A DNA stretch of 64,000 nt, taken from Spirochaetia bacterium. Its GTDB lineage: Bacteria; Spirochaetota; Spirochaetia; Treponematales; Treponemataceae. Location of the stretch: positions 43,281 to 107,280 of the forward strand of contig CAAGGF010000077.1 of assembly GCA_900769325.1 (NCBI GenBank), in the 5' to 3' direction. A program made the position numbers and the translations under genes. Positions 59,369 to 64,000 of this stretch are shown here, in pieces. Under the pieces are notes generated by a model. That model saw only the letters and a program-made list of their open reading frames with translations, was not told where the DNA came from and ran no database searches. Numbering within the stretch: position 1 is the first letter of the stretch; each line of letters starts with the position of its first letter.

Positions 59369-59848
59369 TCAAGAACCAATGATAATAAAATCTTCAAATT
59401 CTTTTAATAAATTTTCCTGAATTTTAAGCATTTCACATTCAGGCTCTTTATTTTTTTCAATATGTTCTTCTCCGTGGTCATAGCCATTTAAATGAAGAAT
59501 TCCGTGAATCAAAAGCCGTTTTAGTTCAAGATTTTCTGAAACTTCAAAATATTCAGCGTTTTTTGAAAGCGTTTCAAGGCTTACTACGATATCACCGACA
59601 TTTTTCCACATTGCACCGTCTTCATATTCAAGATCGTTTTCAAAAGAAAGAACATCTGTAGCACTGTCAATATTCCGGTATTGCAAATTCAGCGACCTGA
59701 TAAAATTATCGCTTGAAAACATTACGGAAACTTCTTCATTTGAAAAATTTAATTTTTCCATAACAGAATTTAAAAAAGGTTCAGCTTTAGAAAACCATTC
59801 AGGTTCATTTAAGCCTTCTTCCATCATGACAAAAACACGGTTAGACAT
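59369..59848 (-). CDS. ybeY: rRNA maturation endoribonuclease YbeY
   Basis: LN.QYR..D.ATDVLSF, GDIVVS, HGILHLNGYDH. Confidence 0.95.
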   Translation of the reverse strand: MSNRVFVMMEEGLNEPEWFSKAEPFLNSVMEKLNFSNEEVSVMFSSDNFIRSLNLQYRNIDSATDVLSFENDLEYEDGAMWKNVGDIVVSLETLSKNAEYFEVSENLELKRLLIHGILHLNGYDHGEEHIEKNKEPECEMLKIQENLLKEFEDFIIIGS

Positions 59849-61634
59849 TTTTCTTTACCTCATCTAAAGTTTTGTCGCCAAGGTATTCGTCAGAATTTTT
59901 TGAAACCTTTGTTTTTTTTACAGGAACAGCTTCTTTTTCATCAGTTTTTTTAGTTTCTGCTTCTGTTTTTACAGCGGAACTCTTTTTTGCATCCGGGTCT
60001 TTCTGGTCCGGATATTTTATTCTTGAATGATAATAACCGACCAAAATCTGAAGGAAAGTTTCTTTTATTTTTGTAATGTCGTGGAAAGTCAGTTCACAAT
60101 TGTTAAGCTGTTTTTGTTCGATTTTTCCGTTTATCAAAGCCTGAATAAATTTTTCAAGCCGTTCTTCCGTAGGATTTTCAAGGGAGCGGCAGGCAGATTC
60201 AACAGTGTCTGCAAGCATTACAGTTGCAGCTTCTTTTGTTGCAGGAGGATTTCCGTAATATGTAAAATCGTTTATATTTGCATTCGGGTCTTCTTTTTTT
60301 GCTTTTTCGTAGAACCATACGATTACACCGTTTCCATGATGCTGTTCGATTATATCGATAACCTGTTTTGGAAGATGAAGTTGATGGGCTTTTTCAACAC
60401 CATGGCGAACATGAGACCTTATTACGGAAACAGAAAGTTTTGGAGCAAGGTCATCGTGCTTGTTTATTCCGTCGTATTGATTTTCAGTAAAATATTCCGG
60501 CTGGTCGATTTTTCCAATATCGTGGTAATATCCTCCGACTCTGGCAATAAGACTATTTGCTCCGATTTCACGGCAGGCAGTTTCTGCAAGCTGGGCAACC
60601 ATAAGCGAATGTTGATAAGTTCCAGGAGCAAGCACGAGCATTCTTCGCAAAAACGGCGTATTCAAATCGCTTAAATCCATAAGGCGGAAAATGCTTGCAG
60701 TATTTAAAAGAATTTCTACAGGAGTCAAAAATCCAAGTGCAAGAATTCCAGACAAAAATCCGTTTAACGCAACGCCTGCAATCACAATTCCTTTTGAAGA
60801 AAGAGGAGAAACGCAGATTACGGAAAGTACGACAGCGACCATCACATTTATGAACGCAATCAGCACGGAAATAATTACCATATCCATGCGCCGCTCGATT
60901 TTTTTTACGATTACAGATGACGCAAAACAAGTTGCAAGAGTGTATAAAAACGGAACAAATTCCCAGTCTGAAGCATTGTAAACGCCGAGTGCAAGAATTA
61001 AACTGAAAATGGAAGAAGTCAAAGTTCCGTAAAGAATTGAAACAATAAGAATGAAAAATATAGCAGGAATTATTATCAAAACCTTAAATTCGTCAGAGAA
61101 AAACTGCATTCTATGTGCAAAAGATGTCGCAAGGTAAACTAAAATAAAGCAGACGACCTGAAAGACAAGTTCACGGATTTGGAATTTCCTTCCGAAAGGA
61201 ATGTATGTAAAAAGCAGAATCCACATTGTTGCAAGAAGAAAGAGAAAAAGTTCATTGTTTGCAAAGAGCCTTAAATCGATGTAGTCTTTCGACTGAGAAA
61301 GTTTCTGGAGTTTCTTAAAATTTTCTTCTTCGATTTTAAAACCTTTCCTGATGATTTTTTCGCCTTCTTCAATCTGAACATTTAATTCAAGGTCAAGCGG
61401 AAAACTTTTTGGGGAAATTATAGTCCTGTCAGAAATCATTCCGACTTCAAAATCCCTTATGTCAAAAGTTGAAACAGTTTTACTCGTTGCTACGCTGAAA
61501 AAATTTATTACAGAAATTACGATAAAACCTGTGATGGCTAAAATAATTTCACCGCGGTTTCTTTTTAACCACTGAACAAAACTAGCGGAATTCTGAAATT
61601 TTTCTTTTTTCTTATTCATCTGAGTCTCTTTCAT
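59841..61634 (-). CDS. 7TM-HD (HDIG) phosphohydrolase, PgpH-like c-di-AMP phosphodiesterase candidate
   Basis: Multi-TM region then APGTYQHS, YYHDIGK, YFTENQ, HHG, MLADTVESA.RS, RIKYP. Confidence 0.85.
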   Translation of the reverse strand: MKETQMNKKKEKFQNSASFVQWLKRNRGEIILAITGFIVISVINFFSVATSKTVSTFDIRDFEVGMISDRTIISPKSFPLDLELNVQIEEGEKIIRKGFKIEEENFKKLQKLSQSKDYIDLRLFANNELFLFLLATMWILLFTYIPFGRKFQIRELVFQVVCFILVYLATSFAHRMQFFSDEFKVLIIIPAIFFILIVSILYGTLTSSIFSLILALGVYNASDWEFVPFLYTLATCFASSVIVKKIERRMDMVIISVLIAFINVMVAVVLSVICVSPLSSKGIVIAGVALNGFLSGILALGFLTPVEILLNTASIFRLMDLSDLNTPFLRRMLVLAPGTYQHSLMVAQLAETACREIGANSLIARVGGYYHDIGKIDQPEYFTENQYDGINKHDDLAPKLSVSVIRSHVRHGVEKAHQLHLPKQVIDIIEQHHGNGVIVWFYEKAKKEDPNANINDFTYYGNPPATKEAATVMLADTVESACRSLENPTEERLEKFIQALINGKIEQKQLNNCELTFHDITKIKETFLQILVGYYHSRIKYPDQKDPDAKKSSAVKTEAETKKTDEKEAVPVKKTKVSKNSDEYLGDKTLDEVKKNV

Positions 61635-62550
61635 AAGCTTTTACGATTTTTTTTACTAACGGATTTCTAACGACATCTTCACAAGTTAATTTTATGATTC
61701 CGATTTCTTCTATGCCTGATAAAATTTTTACAGCCTTTACTAAGCCGCAAGAATTTTTTTTAGGCAAGTCAATCTGAGTCGTATCTCCGGTAATAAAAAC
61801 TTTTGCTCCTTCACCCATTCTTGTTAAAAACATTTTCATCTGTTCGTTAGTTGTATTTTGTGCTTCATCTAAAATGATAACGCTGTTATTTAAAGTCCGG
61901 CCCCTCATATACGCAAGCGGCGAAACCTGAATAATTTCAGATTCTACAAGACGCTTTACAGTTTCACGCGGAAGAATGCTTTCCATGGAATCATAAAAAG
62001 GCCTTAAATACGGACTGATTTTTTGTTCCATGTCTCCCGGAAGAAAACCAAGGCTCTCACCTGCTTCAACGACCGGACGGGTAATTACAAGCCGTGAAAA
62101 TTTATGAGAAAGAATAAGCCTTAAACTTTCTGCAACTGCAAGAAAAGTTTTTCCGCTCCCGGCAGAACCTGTACACAAAACCATATCTTTTTTGCGTAAA
62201 AGTTCGATATATTCAGCCTGGTTCTGCGTGTGTGGATATATTTTTTTTATTCCGCCCGGAACTAGAATAGAACAGTCTTCGATATGTGCTTTTTTTTCTA
62301 TATTGAGAACTGATGTTATTATATCATCTGAATTTTTTTCACCATCTGAAATTTCATCAATCATTCTATCTATGATGAATTTAAAATTTTCCCGCACAGA
62401 AGCGTCTTCAGTTTCAATGGAAATTTCGTTTCCTATTGTAAAAACAGGAACTCCAAGATGGTCTTCGATGAGTTTTAAATTTCTGTCGTTTGTTCCGCAG
62501 ACAAGAGAAAGAATTTCCTGACCTGGAAGCACAATTGTATATTCGTTCAC
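61612..62550 (-). CDS. phoH: PhoH-family ATPase
   Basis: GSAGSGKT, RPVVEAGE.LGFLPG, YMRGRT, DEAQN, DVVR; probable GTG start 62550 (ORF-track TTG 62589 coincides with a -35 TTGACC, 17 nt, TAGAAT). Confidence 0.92.
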   Translation of the reverse strand: MNEYTIVLPGQEILSLVCGTNDRNLKLIEDHLGVPVFTIGNEISIETEDASVRENFKFIIDRMIDEISDGEKNSDDIITSVLNIEKKAHIEDCSILVPGGIKKIYPHTQNQAEYIELLRKKDMVLCTGSAGSGKTFLAVAESLRLILSHKFSRLVITRPVVEAGESLGFLPGDMEQKISPYLRPFYDSMESILPRETVKRLVESEIIQVSPLAYMRGRTLNNSVIILDEAQNTTNEQMKMFLTRMGEGAKVFITGDTTQIDLPKKNSCGLVKAVKILSGIEEIGIIKLTCEDVVRNPLVKKIVKAYERDSDE

Positions 62551-62640
62551 GTACTTTAATATTCTAAATAAACAATAATTCAAGGTCAAGTCAACTTGTT
62601 GAATTTGTAAAGCAAGATAACCTTAAATTTACAAAGCGTT

Positions 62641-64000
62641 TTATTTTAACTGCCATGTTCCGTAATCGTCTACGATTTCAGTTTTAAAGCTTCCCATTGG
62701 CCGCCAGCTGATTGAAATCGTCATGTAAGGATTAAAATCGTAGTATTGATGTCCGTTTTCAGTTTTAATTCGCGGTTCAAATTTAAATGAAGTTTTAAAA
62801 TCCCAGTCGTGAAGTTCGTGCGTAATGTCGAATTTCAAACTCTTCAATTTAAATCCGCTTGACTTTCTTAAAGTCTCATCATCAAACCTGAAAGAATTTA
62901 TGAGGTCTAAGAAAATATTTTTTTCTCCCGGAATATCGATTTCTCGTGAAAAATATCTGTAAATAACCTGATTTTTTGAAGTTGCAGAGAAAGAAAGATT
63001 TAAAAATTCGTTTATTTTCAAAGTAATCGACGGAGAAAATGTAAAATAACTGTTTGTAGGCCTTAATAAATCTGCAACGATACTCGTATTTACGCCAAGA
63101 GAAAGCGAAATTCTGTTTTTCCACGCATATAAAGTTACAGAAGAAGGTGCATAAGCAAAGGAAAACGAATATGGAAGGAATTCTTTTTCAGTTTTACTTA
63201 TCCAGCCGGAATCATTGTCAAAATCATAACCGTTTGTATAACTCATCGTGTAAGCAGCCTGAAGGCTCTGCCAGCTTAACGCAATTTTTAAAGAATCGTG
63301 ATGGTCTTCGTCAAGATTGTAATTGTAACTTTCAGAAAGCTTTAAAGTATTGTTCAAAATTGAAAAAGTCAGGTTCTGTTTGAAAGGCTGTTTTACCCAT
63401 GTATCATCCGTAGTGCTTTTTCGTTTTATTCCCGCTTCAAACTGGCATGTTGTATATGGGAAAGTGAATTTCAGCGTTCCGTAATAATTTTCAACCTGAG
63501 GTTTTAAGGTTGTAGTCAGCGTAAGGCTCTGCGAAAATTTATTGTCCATCTGATTGAATGCAAGCGTAAAATCCAAGGAATTTGTCGTAATCGAATCCGG
63601 GTCGCTCCAGTCTGTCGTAAGGTATTCCCACTGAGGATTTTCTGCATCCCCTATAAAATTTGTCCTGACCATTTTTATGACATTCCGGTAAGTAATTCCG
63701 ATGTCTTTAATTGAGTCAATATAATAAAAAGGTTTAAAAGAAACTGAATTTGTTGTAGTCAAATCTTTTTTAGTTGCCGCATAATCGGTTTTATTTAAAG
63801 AGTCGATTTCACTTTTTGTATAGCCGATTTTTGATTCTGTTGTGTCAGTAGAAATATACGGGTGAGCCTGCCAGACCGGGCTGAATGTAAAATTATTTGA
63901 AAGAGAAAGAAAACTTCCGCCGTAAGAAAAACCGTTGTCAAGCGAAACCGGAACTTTTACAGTATAACTTGAAGAGCGAATCTGATCCCAATGAAAGTCC
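62641..64000 (-). CDS. C-terminal part of a large beta-strand-rich protein, possibly LptD/OstA-like outer-membrane barrel (truncated by window end)
   Basis: Frame stays open from 62641 to the window edge; alternating aromatic/hydrophobic strands; H.LHDW motif near C-terminus. Family call tentative. Confidence 0.55.
   Translation of the reverse strand, partial: DFHWDQIRSSSYTVKVPVSLDNGFSYGGSFLSLSNNFTFSPVWQAHPYISTDTTESKIGYTKSEIDSLNKTDYAATKKDLTTTNSVSFKPFYYIDSIKDIGITYRNVIKMVRTNFIGDAENPQWEYLTTDWSDPDSITTNSLDFTLAFNQMDNKFSQSLTLTTTLKPQVENYYGTLKFTFPYTTCQFEAGIKRKSTTDDTWVKQPFKQNLTFSILNNTLKLSESYNYNLDEDHHDSLKIALSWQSLQAAYTMSYTNGYDFDNDSGWISKTEKEFLPYSFSFAYAPSSVTLYAWKNRISLSLGVNTSIVADLLRPTNSYFTFSPSITLKINEFLNLSFSATSKNQVIYRYFSREIDIPGEKNIFLDLINSFRFDDETLRKSSGFKLKSLKFDITHELHDWDFKTSFKFEPRIKTENGHQYYDFNPYMTISISWRPMGSFKTEIVDDYGTWQLK

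Noticed and set aside
60027..60674. 215-aa plus-strand ORF
   Set aside because: Lies fully antisense to the conserved HD domain; F/C-rich shadow translation with no motif
62581..62596. GGTCAAGTCAAC as CtsR box
   Set aside because: Spacing does not fit the heptad direct repeat; better explained as the reverse complement of the phoH -35 element
1..64000. CRISPR arrays, transposases, integrases, prophage or defence islands
   Set aside because: No regularly spaced direct repeats and no ORF with such motifs; intergenic gaps are short

Overview
AT-rich, gene-dense core-chromosome segment of a spirochaete, most likely a gut/rumen Treponema (inferred from gene content and order: mreC-mreD-pbp2-rodA; mfd; PilZ-HEAT-comEC-rsmA-yggS-rluD; short smc; serS; mcsA-mcsB-clpC; prfB-hyp-ftsY-hyp-lolCDE; phoH-7TM/HD-ybeY-CBS/CorC-TPR; many lipoprotein signals). 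It holds about 50 CDSs and one tRNA-Leu(CAG). I found no CRISPR array, transposase, integrase or prophage, and no clear-cut novel multi-gene system. Best leads: (1) an mcsA-mcsB-clpC operon without adjacent ctsR whose McsB has lost the phosphagen-kinase catalytic motifs but keeps the C-terminal RDxxRA motif, with partly eroded pArg sites in ClpC; (2) an SMC with no recognisable hinge and an extra C-terminal tail; (3) a recurrent leaderless-promoter architecture, including a symmetric bidirectional promoter at 29452-29498; (4) a four-hairpin structured intergenic element and a small palindrome family; (5) prfB without its programmed frameshift. All calls come from motif reading only; no searches were run.
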